Assembly: GCA_036500325.1 (NCBI GenBank) | Contig: DASYCG010000116.1 | Location: 12,308 to 76,307, forward strand | Source: Herbaspirillum sp. | GTDB taxonomy: Bacteria > Pseudomonadota > Gammaproteobacteria > Burkholderiales > Burkholderiaceae_D | Direction of reading: 5' to 3' | Length of the DNA stretch: 64,000 bases | In this document: positions 48,601-58,600 of the stretch, in pieces | Numbering within the stretch: position 1 is the stretch's first letter | How the letters are laid out: every line of letters begins with the position of its first letter | Translations under genes and position numbers: made by a program | Notes under the pieces: generated by a model | What the model was told of the DNA's origin: nothing | The model's input: the letters and a program-made list of their open reading frames with translations, nothing else | Databases searched by the model: none

Positions 48601-51564
48601 TCGCTCAGCGAAGCCGGCAACATCAATATTATCGCCAGCGCCAAAGACGATAACGGCCATGTAGCCGAAGCCGCATCTTCAGTCTGGGTGACGCGTCAGG
48701 GCGAGGTGTGGTTCGACGGCGAAAATCAGGATCGCATCGATATTCTGCCCGAGAAGAAATCGTATCAGCCCGGTGAAATCGCCAAGTTCCAGGTGCGCAT
48801 GCCGTTCCGTTACGCCACTGCATTGGTGGCGGTCGAGCGCGAGGGTGTGATCGAAACCCAAGTGGTGCAACTAAGCGGGCAAGACCCGACGGTAAGCCTG
48901 CCGGTCAAGGCATCTTATGGGCCGAATGTGTACGTCTCGGTATTGGCGGTGCGCGGACGCATGCGTGAAGTGCCCTGGTACTCGTTCTTCAAATGGGGCT
49001 GGAAAGAACCCTTGAACTGGTGGCATGAGTTCCGCGAATATCAGGCGCCTGGACCTTTGGTCGATCTGGCCAAGCCGGCCTGGAAATATGGGATCGCCGA
49101 AATCGCGGTCGGCAACGGCGGCCATGCATTGAAGGTCGCCGTGAGCGCTGACAAACCCAGCTATCCGATCCGCAGCACCGCCAAGGTCACGGTGCAAGTT
49201 ACCCTGCCGGACGGAAAACCGGCTGCCAACGCCGAGATCGCCTTGGCGGCAGTTGACGAAGCGCTGCTGGAACTGCAACCGAATACCAGTTGGGATATTT
49301 TGTCGGCGATGCTGCAGCGGCGCAGTTACGGCGTCGAAACCTCTACCGCCCAGATGCAGGTGATCGGCAAGCGCCACTACGGACGCAAGGCGATACCGGC
49401 CGGCGGCGGAGGCGGCAAAGCGCCGACGCGGGAATTGTTCGATACCTTATTGCTGTGGAAGCCGGCGCTGCAACTCGACGCCAACGGCCGTGCCCAGATC
49501 GATGTGCCGCTCAACGACGCGCTCACCTCGTTCCGCATCGTCGCCGTAGCCGAAAGCGGCGCCGACCTGTTCGGCACCGGTTCGACTTCGGTGCGCTCGA
49601 CGCAGGACGTGCAGATCATCAGCGGCCTGCCGCCGCTGGTGCGCGAAGGCGATCAATTCAGCGCGGCGATCACCGTGCGCAACACCACCACGCGCGACAT
49701 GACGATCGCCGCCAATGCGCGCATTGCCGGCGTGAGTGCAAATGGAAGCGCAAGCGCGGCAGCCAATATGCTGCCGGCAGTGCCGACGCAAAAATTGACG
49801 ATCCCCGCCGGCCAATCGCGTGAAGCGATCTGGCAAATCGTGGTGCCGCAGGATCTGCAGCAACTGTCGTGGGAAATCAGCGCCCAGGAGCAGGGCGGCG
49901 CATCGGTCAAAGATGCCATCAAAATCACGCAGCGCGTGGTGCCGGCGGTGCCCGTTACCGTGCAGCAGGCCAGCTTGTTTCAATTGGATAAAACGGCATC
50001 GATGCCGGTCATGCAGCCCGGCGGCAGCTTGCCGGGGCGCGGTGGCCTGGCGATCGGCCTGCAGGCCACGCTCGGCGGCGATAACGAAGGCTTGCGCCGC
50101 TTCTTCATCGCGTATCCTTTCTCTTGCCTGGAGCAAAAAACATCAAGGGCGATCGGCTTGCACGACGACGCCATGTGGCAGCGCTTGTCGGCCGAATTGC
50201 CGACCTATCTGGACGAAGATGGGCTGGCATATTACTTCCCGCCGAGCGGCGACGCTGCGCGCCATGGCAGCGACACGCTGACCGCCTATCTGCTGGCGAT
50301 CAGCAACGAAGCCGGACTGGCTCTGCCGCAGCAATCGCGCGACAAGATGCTGGATGGCCTGACCGCCTTTGTGGAAGGCAAGATCACGCGCAGTTTCTGG
50401 GCGCCGCAGAAAGACCTGGATATGCGCAAGCTGGCGGCGCTGGAAGCCTTGTCGCGTTACGGCCGGGCACAGCCGGATATGTTGGGATCGATCCAGATCA
50501 ATCCCAACCTCTGGCCGACTTCCACCGTGCTGGACTGGATTTCGGTATTGCAGCGTGTGCCGGGCATTCCGGAGCACGATAAGCGCATGGCCGAGGCCGA
50601 TCAGATTCTGCGTTCGCGTTTAAATTACCAAGGCACGCGGATGGGATTTTCCAGCGAGGCAAGCGATAACTGGTGGTGGCTGATGGCCGGCGCCGATGTC
50701 AACGCCGTACGCATGGTGCTGGTGATGCAGAATAATCCGGCCTGGCGCGACGACTTGCCGAAGGTGATGGTCGGCGCCATCGGGCGGCAATCGCACGGCC
50801 ATTGGGATACCACCATCGCCAACACCTGGGGCACGCTGGCGTTGAACCGGTTCGCGCAAAAATTCGAAGCTGAAAAAGTCAGCGGCGCCACCCGCGCCAC
50901 GCTGGAACAAGGCAACGCGCCGACCGTCACGCAAACGCATACCTGGGACGCAAACGCCGGCGCCGGCAACAACAAGTCTGGCGGCAGCTTGCAATTGCCA
51001 TGGGCGGCGGGCGCGACATCCGGCAGCGGCGTGATCAAAATGACGCAAGACGGCCGCGGCAAACCGTGGATCACCCTGCAAAGCCTGGCTGCGGTGCCGT
51101 TGAAAGCGCCGTTCTCCAGCGGCTACCGCATCCGCAAAACCGTCACCCCGGTCGAACAAAAGCAGGCGGGCGTTTATACCCGTGGCGACGTGCTGCGGAT
51201 AGATCTTGAAGTCGATGCGCAAACCGACATGAGCTGGGTGGCCGTCACCGATCCGGTGCCTGCGGGTTCCAGTATGCTCGGCTCGGGCCTGGGCCGCGAT
51301 TCGGCGATTGCTGCCGCCAGCGGTGAGCGCAAGGACGACGACGCCTACAGCGGCGCCACGCTGGCCTTTGAAGAACGCGGTTTCGAAGCCTATCGTAGTT
51401 ATTATGAATACGTGCCGAAAGGAAAATGGAAAATGTCGTACACGGTGCGTTTGAATAATGCCGGCAAATTCAATCTGCCGCCGACCCGCGTCGAAGCGAT
51501 GTATGCGCCGGAAATGTTCGGCGAAGCGCCGAATGCCGTGTTGACGGTACTGCCGGAAAAATGA
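45643..51564 (+). CDS. Bacterial alpha-2-macroglobulin (YfhM-like)
   Basis: 1973 aa; DRPLFRAGETV, F.VEEF, VDEALL, thioester YPFSCLEQ (Cys codon 50125), PTRVEAMYAPE; coupled to pbpC. Confidence 0.93.
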   Translation: MELRDRMGFWGASKLAAAATLMTVTAITAVTAVSAQAAGITVFSPQGEVSQIRQVRAGFSEPAVKFGDPRAESPFDIACTAAIPTPGSARWADAKNWVYDFQQDLPPGASCSFKLKPGFKLLSGAAPSGKTAFTFNTGGPAVTQIHPSGGNIDEDQMFVLIQNGPATEASVRDHVYCEAEGIHERIPAKAVDAAARQQLLKYFAKNVDPARVSTLQCQQRFPNNAAVKLIWDKGIATSLGIATTHPQSFKFQVRPEFSADFSCQRENANAACSPILPMQLSFSAPIARKLAEGIVLDTGKQKIKPTLDPADTAPTVTDVTFKPPFPEKTDFTITLPSGFKDDGGRVLVNADRFPLKSRSADYPPLAKFAAAPFGIVELNADPALPLTLRRVEKNLQMRQADGKTAPGTVANLKVDDDKGIIAWMSRLNRPEQWGSSDKKAIDTRSVGWLAKERGVKLLNLPQLPDATGDERPFEVVGIPFSAPGFYVLELASQKLGASLLGKPVPMYVRSSALVTNLSVHVKLGRENGAVWVTTLDSAAPVPGADVRISNCQGTELWRGKTNATGVAMVAPLPPDACTDLPYEEGRLNGFFVSARKTDAQGRADMAFALTSWNEGIESWRFNFPNDTSRTATVRAHTVLDRPLFRAGETVSMKHVIRLETMQGFALMPKNRLPTRVRIIHQGSGQEFQMPLIWRDGKHGETVFNIPQQAKLGTYEIMLDSGTVKDGNAPVAMEETYGNTVYDTGSFRVEEFRLPVLQGRITPPKGAQIAPQQLPLDVQLNYLNGGGAAGHSVQVSSMLRGKSVNFAGYDDYTFAAPQESGNDNSADEDGNPGSSADSSDDQKIIADKLSVTLDKNGAGRTVIKNVPAIRRPQELLTEMTYADPNGEIQTVSTVTPIWPSAVVVGIKAGDWVSVKKKMTVTAIALDTAGKILAGVPISLHAIAHQSNSHRKRMVGGFYAYENNKTSHDLGELCSGKTDRNGMFICEASLSEAGNINIIASAKDDNGHVAEAASSVWVTRQGEVWFDGENQDRIDILPEKKSYQPGEIAKFQVRMPFRYATALVAVEREGVIETQVVQLSGQDPTVSLPVKASYGPNVYVSVLAVRGRMREVPWYSFFKWGWKEPLNWWHEFREYQAPGPLVDLAKPAWKYGIAEIAVGNGGHALKVAVSADKPSYPIRSTAKVTVQVTLPDGKPAANAEIALAAVDEALLELQPNTSWDILSAMLQRRSYGVETSTAQMQVIGKRHYGRKAIPAGGGGGKAPTRELFDTLLLWKPALQLDANGRAQIDVPLNDALTSFRIVAVAESGADLFGTGSTSVRSTQDVQIISGLPPLVREGDQFSAAITVRNTTTRDMTIAANARIAGVSANGSASAAANMLPAVPTQKLTIPAGQSREAIWQIVVPQDLQQLSWEISAQEQGGASVKDAIKITQRVVPAVPVTVQQASLFQLDKTASMPVMQPGGSLPGRGGLAIGLQATLGGDNEGLRRFFIAYPFSCLEQKTSRAIGLHDDAMWQRLSAELPTYLDEDGLAYYFPPSGDAARHGSDTLTAYLLAISNEAGLALPQQSRDKMLDGLTAFVEGKITRSFWAPQKDLDMRKLAALEALSRYGRAQPDMLGSIQINPNLWPTSTVLDWISVLQRVPGIPEHDKRMAEADQILRSRLNYQGTRMGFSSEASDNWWWLMAGADVNAVRMVLVMQNNPAWRDDLPKVMVGAIGRQSHGHWDTTIANTWGTLALNRFAQKFEAEKVSGATRATLEQGNAPTVTQTHTWDANAGAGNNKSGGSLQLPWAAGATSGSGVIKMTQDGRGKPWITLQSLAAVPLKAPFSSGYRIRKTVTPVEQKQAGVYTRGDVLRIDLEVDAQTDMSWVAVTDPVPAGSSMLGSGLGRDSAIAAASGERKDDDAYSGATLAFEERGFEAYRSYYEYVPKGKWKMSYTVRLNNAGKFNLPPTRVEAMYAPEMFGEAPNAVLTVLPEK

Positions 51565-53810
51565 TGTTGAAGCGTCTCGTGTTGGCGTTGCTGTTATCGG
51601 GATCCGCTGCAATGACAGCGGCTCCGGTAGCCATGGCGGCAGTGCCGGCATTTGCCGAAGTACAAAAGCAATTCATCTCCTCGGAAGCCAGCCTTTACGA
51701 TCGTCATGGCGAACTGTTGCAGCAACTAAGGCGCAACCCGAATGAGCGACGTTTATCGTGGATTCGTCTGGAAGACGTTTCGCCGGCATTGCGCAATGCG
51801 CTGATCGCTTCCGAAGACAAGCGCTTCTATCAACACAGCGGCGTTGACTGGAGTGCGGTGGCGGCATCGGCCTGGGGCAATTTGTGGAATAGCAAAACAC
51901 GCGGCGCCTCGACTATCACCATGCAATTGGCCGGTCTGATTTATGACGATCTGCGGCGCAAGGGCGGCAGCCGTTCGCTGATGCAAAAAATCTCGCAAGC
52001 CTTCATTGCGGAATCGCTGGAACGCAACTGGCGCAAAGACCAAATTCTGGAAGCCTATCTGAATCTGGTCAGCTTCCGTGGAGAACTGGTTGGCGTGCAT
52101 GCGCTGTCGCGCGTCCTGTTCGACAAGCATCCGAGCGGCCTGAATCAGCGCGAAGCGGCGATTGCCGTGGCGCTGATCCGCGCACCGAACGCAGCGCCGG
52201 CAAGAGTCGCGGAGCGTGCCTGTACGGTATTGAAAGACCAGGGCGCACCGGATGAATGCAAAGGCTTGTCCGGCCTGACCGAACTGTTATTGGCGCGTAC
52301 CGCCGCGCATGCCGAAACGGTCGGCAGCGCTGCGGCACCGCAGTTGGCGCCGCATCTCGCGAGGCGTCTGCTGACGGCGCCGGGCCAGCAAGTGCGCTCC
52401 ACGCTGGACGCCGATACCCAACGTTTTGTGCAAGATGCGGTGCGCCGTCAATTGTCGTCGCTGGTCAGCCGCAACATTGAAGATGCAGCGGTAGTCGTGC
52501 TGGATAACGCCAGCGGCGATGTGCTGGCGTGGTCCGGTTCCAGCGGCGCTTTCTCGGCCGCGCGCGAGGTCGATGGCGTGCTGGCCTTGCGTCAGGCGGG
52601 ATCGACCTTGAAACCGTTCCTGTATCAGATGGCGATCGAAGACAAATGGCTGACAGCCGCCTCGGTGCTGGAAGATTCCGCGATCAATCTGGCGACTTCC
52701 GGTGGCCTTTACATTCCGCAAGATTACGACAAGCACTTCAAAGGGCTGGTCAGCTTGCGGACTGCCTTGGGATCGTCGCTGAATATTCCGGCGGTGCGCA
52801 CGCTGGTGATGGTGACGCCGGACCGGTTTTTCCGGCGCTTGCAAAAGCTCGGTTTCAATCTGCGCGAATCCGGCGATTACTACGGCTACAGTCTGGCGCT
52901 GGGCAGCGCCGATGTGAGCTTGCTGGCGCTGACCAACGCTTATCGCAGCCTGGCCAACGGGGGGCGCTATGGTCCGGTGCGCACTGCGTTGACCGATCCG
53001 AAATCCGTGCCGGTACAGGTCATGGACGCCGGTGCGGCTTATGTGATCAGCGATATTTTGTCCGACCGCAGTGCGAGGGCGCGTACTTTCGGTTTGGAAA
53101 ACGCGCTGTCGACGCGTATCTGGACGGCGGTTAAAACCGGGACTTCGAAAGATATGCGGGATAACTGGTGTGTTGGTTATTCCAGCCGTTACACGGTGGG
53201 TGTCTGGGTCGGCAACGCGTCGGGGGCGCCGATGTGGGATGTGTCGGGCGTGACCGGCGCAGCGCCGATCTGGCAGGAAGTGATCCAGCATTTGCACGCA
53301 CGCGACGGCAGCCGGTCCGCGCCGTCTGCGCAGCCGCAGGATGTGCTGCGGCAGAACATCAGTTATCAACCGCCGATCGAAGCGCCGCGCACGGAATTGT
53401 TTTTACGGGGTACTGCGCAAAGCCTGATTACGCTGACCAAACCGGGCGATGCGACGCCGTCGATTATTTATCCGACCGCCGGAATGCTGGTGGCGATCGA
53501 TCCGGATATTCCGCCGGCGCGGCAGAGTATCCGGTTTGCTGCGCAGGGCTTGGCCAAGGGGCGTTGGTGGCTGGATGGGCATGCGTTGTCGCCGACAGTT
53601 ATAACTACAGCGCGTACACCGGATCTGGGGTTGCAATGGATGCCTTGGCCGGGGCAGCATTTGCTGGAGTTGCGGGATGTTGGAGGGAAGACGGTTGATC
53701 GTTTGCGCTTTGAGGTGCGAGGGGCTGTGGTGAAGACTGCGTTTGAATTGGAGGGGAAAGACAGTCGCCTCTTCAATCGGAATAGGGATAGGCAATCGAG
53801 CATTAAATAA
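51561..53810 (+). CDS. pbpC: Penicillin-binding protein 1C
   Basis: EDKRFYQHSGVD, GASTITMQLA, GSTLKPF (SxxK), SLN, KTGTS; follows alpha-2-macroglobulin. Confidence 0.95.
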   Translation: MMLKRLVLALLLSGSAAMTAAPVAMAAVPAFAEVQKQFISSEASLYDRHGELLQQLRRNPNERRLSWIRLEDVSPALRNALIASEDKRFYQHSGVDWSAVAASAWGNLWNSKTRGASTITMQLAGLIYDDLRRKGGSRSLMQKISQAFIAESLERNWRKDQILEAYLNLVSFRGELVGVHALSRVLFDKHPSGLNQREAAIAVALIRAPNAAPARVAERACTVLKDQGAPDECKGLSGLTELLLARTAAHAETVGSAAAPQLAPHLARRLLTAPGQQVRSTLDADTQRFVQDAVRRQLSSLVSRNIEDAAVVVLDNASGDVLAWSGSSGAFSAAREVDGVLALRQAGSTLKPFLYQMAIEDKWLTAASVLEDSAINLATSGGLYIPQDYDKHFKGLVSLRTALGSSLNIPAVRTLVMVTPDRFFRRLQKLGFNLRESGDYYGYSLALGSADVSLLALTNAYRSLANGGRYGPVRTALTDPKSVPVQVMDAGAAYVISDILSDRSARARTFGLENALSTRIWTAVKTGTSKDMRDNWCVGYSSRYTVGVWVGNASGAPMWDVSGVTGAAPIWQEVIQHLHARDGSRSAPSAQPQDVLRQNISYQPPIEAPRTELFLRGTAQSLITLTKPGDATPSIIYPTAGMLVAIDPDIPPARQSIRFAAQGLAKGRWWLDGHALSPTVITTARTPDLGLQWMPWPGQHLLELRDVGGKTVDRLRFEVRGAVVKTAFELEGKDSRLFNRNRDRQSSIK

Positions 53811-53877
53811 TAGGACGCCGAGAGATTTCTAGCCCTTTGCCACGTCAATAGAATTTGACGTTTTAGGCAGAGGTGAG

Positions 53878-55641
53878 ATGAAAAAATTCTTGACGGTGGC
53901 GGTTGCGGCATTCGTAACGTTCATGACGGTATCGCCATCGTGGGCGAACGCCGAAAGCATCATCGATCCAGCCGCGAAAGAGCTGCTTCGCCAGCAAGAG
54001 CGTGAACGCGAGCTGCGTCGCCAACAAGAACAGGCACCGAGCGTTCGACTGCGCCGCGACGGCCGGCAAGACGCAGCTAATCTCATTCCCGATAACGAAA
54101 CACCCTGTTTTCCGATTTCACATATCGTCCTGCAAAGTGCGGGCGATAGAAACTTTTCCTACGCCTTGCACGGCGTGACCGACGGCACTGATGCGGCTAT
54201 CGGACGTTGTCTGGGAACGGCTGGTATCAACGTTGTCCTGATGCGCGTACAAAATGCGATCGTTACAAAAGGCTACGTAACGACACGTGTTCTGGCGGCG
54301 CCGCAGGATTTGAACAGCGGCAAACTAATCCTGAACGTACTGCCGGGTAGCGTGCGTGCCATCCATTTTTCTCACGGCGCGGACCCGCGCGGCACCGAAT
54401 GGAATGCAATGCCGATCCGTGGCGGCGATCTTCTGAACCTGCGCGATATAGAGCAAGGCCTGGAGAATTTCAAGCGCGTTCCGACGGCGGAGGCTGATAT
54501 ACAAATCGAACCCGCCAAAGCCGATGCGGATTCCAATGCCGACGCCGCTGACCGTTTGGCGGGACAGAGCGACCTGGTAATTCAATATCGGCAGGCAACA
54601 CCTTTCAGGGTGAATCTCTCACTGGATGACGGCGGTTCAAGCGGCACCGGCAAGTATCAAGGCGGCGCGACGCTTTCCTACGATAACTGGTGGACGCTAA
54701 ACGATCTGTTCTACTTCAGTCTGATTGGAGACCTCGGTGGCGGCAGCCCCAGCGCCTATGGAACGCGCAGCTATAACGCACATTATTCGTTGCCGTTCGG
54801 TTATTGGGCGCTGGGTTTCAATGCAAACGCCAATCGATATTATCAAGCCGTAGCCGGCGCCAATCAGGCTGTTGTCTATCGCGGCCGTAGCGAAACCAAA
54901 GAAATCAAACTATCGCGCGTGATGTACCGGGACGCATTGCGCAAAACCAGTTTTTCGCTGCGCGGCATGTTACGTTCGTCCAATAACTTCATCAACGACG
55001 TGGAAGCCGAGAATCAGCGGCGGCGCACCGCAGCCTGGGAACTCGGCTTGGCACATCGCGAATTCATCGGCAATGCAACGCTTGATGCCGGTGTGGCGTA
55101 TCGGCGCGGCACCGGCGCATTCGACGCAATGCGCGCGCCGGAAGAATCTTTCAATGAAGGCACGTCCCGTTTCAAAATCATCACCGCCGATATCAATCTC
55201 AGTACACCAATGCTGTTTGCTGCGCCATGGGGCAAGCAGCAAATGCGCCACACGTTAACGGCGCGCGGACAATGGAACGATACCCCGCTGACAGCGCAAG
55301 ACAGGTTTTCGATAGGCGGGCGTTATACCGTTCGCGGCTTCGACGGCGAAATGACGTTGCTGGCTGAACACGGCTGGCTGATCCGTAATGAGCTGGGCCT
55401 GACGCTGGGCGCCAGCGGTCATGAAGCTTATCTGGGCGTCGACTACGGTGAAGTCGGCGGTCCCTCATCTGAATTTTTACTCGGCAAGAGATTGGCCGGC
55501 GCTGCCCTTGGGCTGCGCGGCGGCTTTGCCGCGCTCGGCGGATTTTATTACGACGCCTTTATAGGTAAGCCACTTTCCAAACCTGACAATTTTCAAACCG
55601 CATCCCTGACGGCCGGTTTCAACCTGAGTTGGTCCTATTGA
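53878..55641 (+). CDS. TpsB outer-membrane transporter (ShlB/FhaC/CdiB family)
   Basis: Signal peptide, CF.I..I, GYVTTRV, LNLRDIEQGLEN POTRA motifs, IGGRYTVRGF loop 6, C-terminal aromatic residue. Confidence 0.95.
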   Translation: MKKFLTVAVAAFVTFMTVSPSWANAESIIDPAAKELLRQQERERELRRQQEQAPSVRLRRDGRQDAANLIPDNETPCFPISHIVLQSAGDRNFSYALHGVTDGTDAAIGRCLGTAGINVVLMRVQNAIVTKGYVTTRVLAAPQDLNSGKLILNVLPGSVRAIHFSHGADPRGTEWNAMPIRGGDLLNLRDIEQGLENFKRVPTAEADIQIEPAKADADSNADAADRLAGQSDLVIQYRQATPFRVNLSLDDGGSSGTGKYQGGATLSYDNWWTLNDLFYFSLIGDLGGGSPSAYGTRSYNAHYSLPFGYWALGFNANANRYYQAVAGANQAVVYRGRSETKEIKLSRVMYRDALRKTSFSLRGMLRSSNNFINDVEAENQRRRTAAWELGLAHREFIGNATLDAGVAYRRGTGAFDAMRAPEESFNEGTSRFKIITADINLSTPMLFAAPWGKQQMRHTLTARGQWNDTPLTAQDRFSIGGRYTVRGFDGEMTLLAEHGWLIRNELGLTLGASGHEAYLGVDYGEVGGPSSEFLLGKRLAGAALGLRGGFAALGGFYYDAFIGKPLSKPDNFQTASLTAGFNLSWSY

Positions 55642-55657
55642 CATTAAGGGATACAAA

Positions 55658-58600
55658 ATGAATCGAAGATGTTATCGCATTGTTTTTAACGAGAAGCGCG
55701 GCACGATGATGGTTGTCGCTGAAAAACACGGGATGGGAAAAGGCGCGGCAAGGAACGCCTCTGCGTCGATACAGAAGGATGTTGATGTACCGGAACCGTC
55801 CATGCGCTTGTCCGCCATTGCACTGGCGATCTTGACGATAACGGGCGCCTTATTTTTATTGCCGTCGACGGCAAACGCCCAGATCGTGGCCGATCCGACT
55901 GCGCCGGGAAACCAGCAGCCGACCATCATCAATACCGCCAACGGCCTGCCGCAGGTTAATATTCAAACACCCAGTGCGGGCGGGGTATCGCGCAATACCT
56001 ATAGCCAGTTCGACGTGCAGCAACAAGGCGCGATTCTGAATAATTCTCGCACCGATGTGCAAACGCAATTGGGCGGATGGATTCAGGGCAATTCAAATCT
56101 CGCAAATGGCGGCGCCCGCGTCATCCTCAATGAGATCAATTCCAGCAACCCCAGTTATCTGAGCGGTTATGTTGAAGTGGCCGGCGGTCGCGCACAAGTC
56201 ATCATCGCTAATCCTTCCGGCGTTACTTGCGATGGCTGCGGCTTCATCAATGCCAATCGGGCTACGCTGACCACCGGAGAGGCGATCGTGACCAATGGCA
56301 ACCTGGATGGATATCGGGTGAGTCGCGGCATGGTCACTGTGCAGGGCGAGGGATTGAATGCACGGGATACCGATTACACAGACATCATCGCGCGGGCGGC
56401 GCAAATCAATGCGGGAATCTGGGGTCGGACATTGAAAGTGACAGCGGGCGCAAATCAGGTCGACGCCGCCAATAATATCGTGCAGGCAATGCCGATTTTC
56501 GCGCAGGATACTGCGCCTTCCTTCGGCATTGATGTCGCTCAATTGGGCGGCATGTACGCCAACAAGATCATCTTGATCGGCACCGAGGCTGGCGTTGGTG
56601 TGCGCAATGCCGGGGAGATTGGTGCGGCTGCAGGCGATGTTATTGTGCGTAGCGACGGGCAGCTTATCAACAGCAATTCAATTCAGGCTACCGGCGACAT
56701 CCATCTGGCCGCCACAAATTCGATCGACAATAGTGCCGGGGCGATATCGGCCGGCCGATCCTTGCAAATTTCGGATCAAGCCGTCGCTAAATCGTTGCAG
56801 ATCAAAAATACGGACGGCACCTTGTTCGCCGGTGATCAACTCGACATTGCCGCCACGGGCCTGACCGGCGACGGCAACATCTTGAGCGATGGCGATCTGA
56901 AGCTCAAGATGGCTGATGGCTTTATTAATACCGGCGTTGTCCAGGCTGATGGTTTGCTTGACATCGAAACAGGCGATGTTCTGGTCAATCGGGGGCAGCT
57001 CCGCGCCGGCGATACTGCCGACTTGCATGCAATGAATATCGACAATCGCAGCGATGGAACGATTACGGCGAAACAACTCAATTTGAACGCTGCCGACAAG
57101 CTTGGCAATCGGGGCTTGATTGACGCAGAAGAGACGTTTATCAATGCCAGCAATGTCGATAATCTAGGCACCGGCCGAATTTATGGCGATCACATTGCCA
57201 TCCGTGCTGAAGCGCTCCGTAACGAGGCAGAATCGGTCGATGGCATTATGACCGCTGCGACCATCGCTGCGAGAGATCGTCTGGATATCGCCGCCGAGAC
57301 CGTCGCCAACCGGGAACACGCCACTTTATTTAGTCTTGGCGACATGGCCATCGGCGGCAGCCTGGATGCTGATCACCGTGCGATGGGGCAAGCCGGCACG
57401 CTCGGCAACAACAGCGCCACCATTGAAGCTACCGGCGCACTCGATCTGGCCGCCAAGCTAATCAATAACACGAACGAACATTTCGATACTGAAGAAGTGG
57501 AGGTGTCCAGGCGGCAGATCACCGAATATCAACTTGCGGGATCGCCGAATCGTTATCGGCCGGATGAAATTCGGATCGACCATGGCGAAGTGGATTATCT
57601 GATGACGCCGACCGGCAGAGATTATAAATTTCATCGCTACGATTACACGCGTGCGACAAGCGAGACGAACATTAAAGAAAGCGATCCGGCAAAGATACTT
57701 GCGGGCGGCGCGATGCATATCGCGGCCGACAAACTGTTTAACGACAAGAGCATGGTCATGGCTGGCGGCGCCTTGATAGGAGATATAAATGAACTCGTCA
57801 ATACCGAAGCTGCCGGGCGGCGCGTCATCAACGATAGCGGCACGGCAAGCTATTTTTACGATATAGAAAAAAGAGGCCGCGATCAACAAGGCTTGGTCGT
57901 CGCCGACTACCAGCCGGCGGCATTCGTTCAAAAAATCAGTCTCACGCCAACCATTTATGCGCAAAACACGAAAGGAGCCGGCAGCGGCACAAAGATCGCT
58001 ACGCGCGATACGGCCGGCATGGACACCGCAATCCTGCTGCCCGACAACAGTATGTTTGCCATAAATGCCAATCCCGGATTCAACTATCTGATACAGAGCG
58101 ATCCAAATTTTACAGACCATCGCATATGGCTCTCATCGGATTATTTATTGCAGCAAATGGGCGCAGACCCGGTTTCGGTTCAGAAGCGCTTGGGCGATGG
58201 CTTTTACGAGCAAAAACTGATTCGCGAACAAATCGGGGAACTGACCGGCCGGCGTTTCCTGGATGGCTACGCCGACGATGAAGCCCAATATCGCGCATTG
58301 CTCGACAACGGCGCGACCTATGCCAAAAAATTGAATTTACGTGTCGGCGTAGCGCTTAGCGCGGAGCAAATGTCGGAATTGACCAGCGATGTGGTGTTGC
58401 TGATTGAAAAGGACGTGACCTTGCCGAATGGTGAAATCAATAAAGTCCTGGTGCCGCAGCTTTATGCCAAGGTGAGGGAAGGCGATATCAATGGCGCCGG
58501 CGCTCTGCTGAGCGGTGATACGGTTGATCTGGAAATTCAGGGCGACGTCGTCAATAGCGGCACGATTACAGGCCGTACCCATTTGGCTTTGGACGCTGAT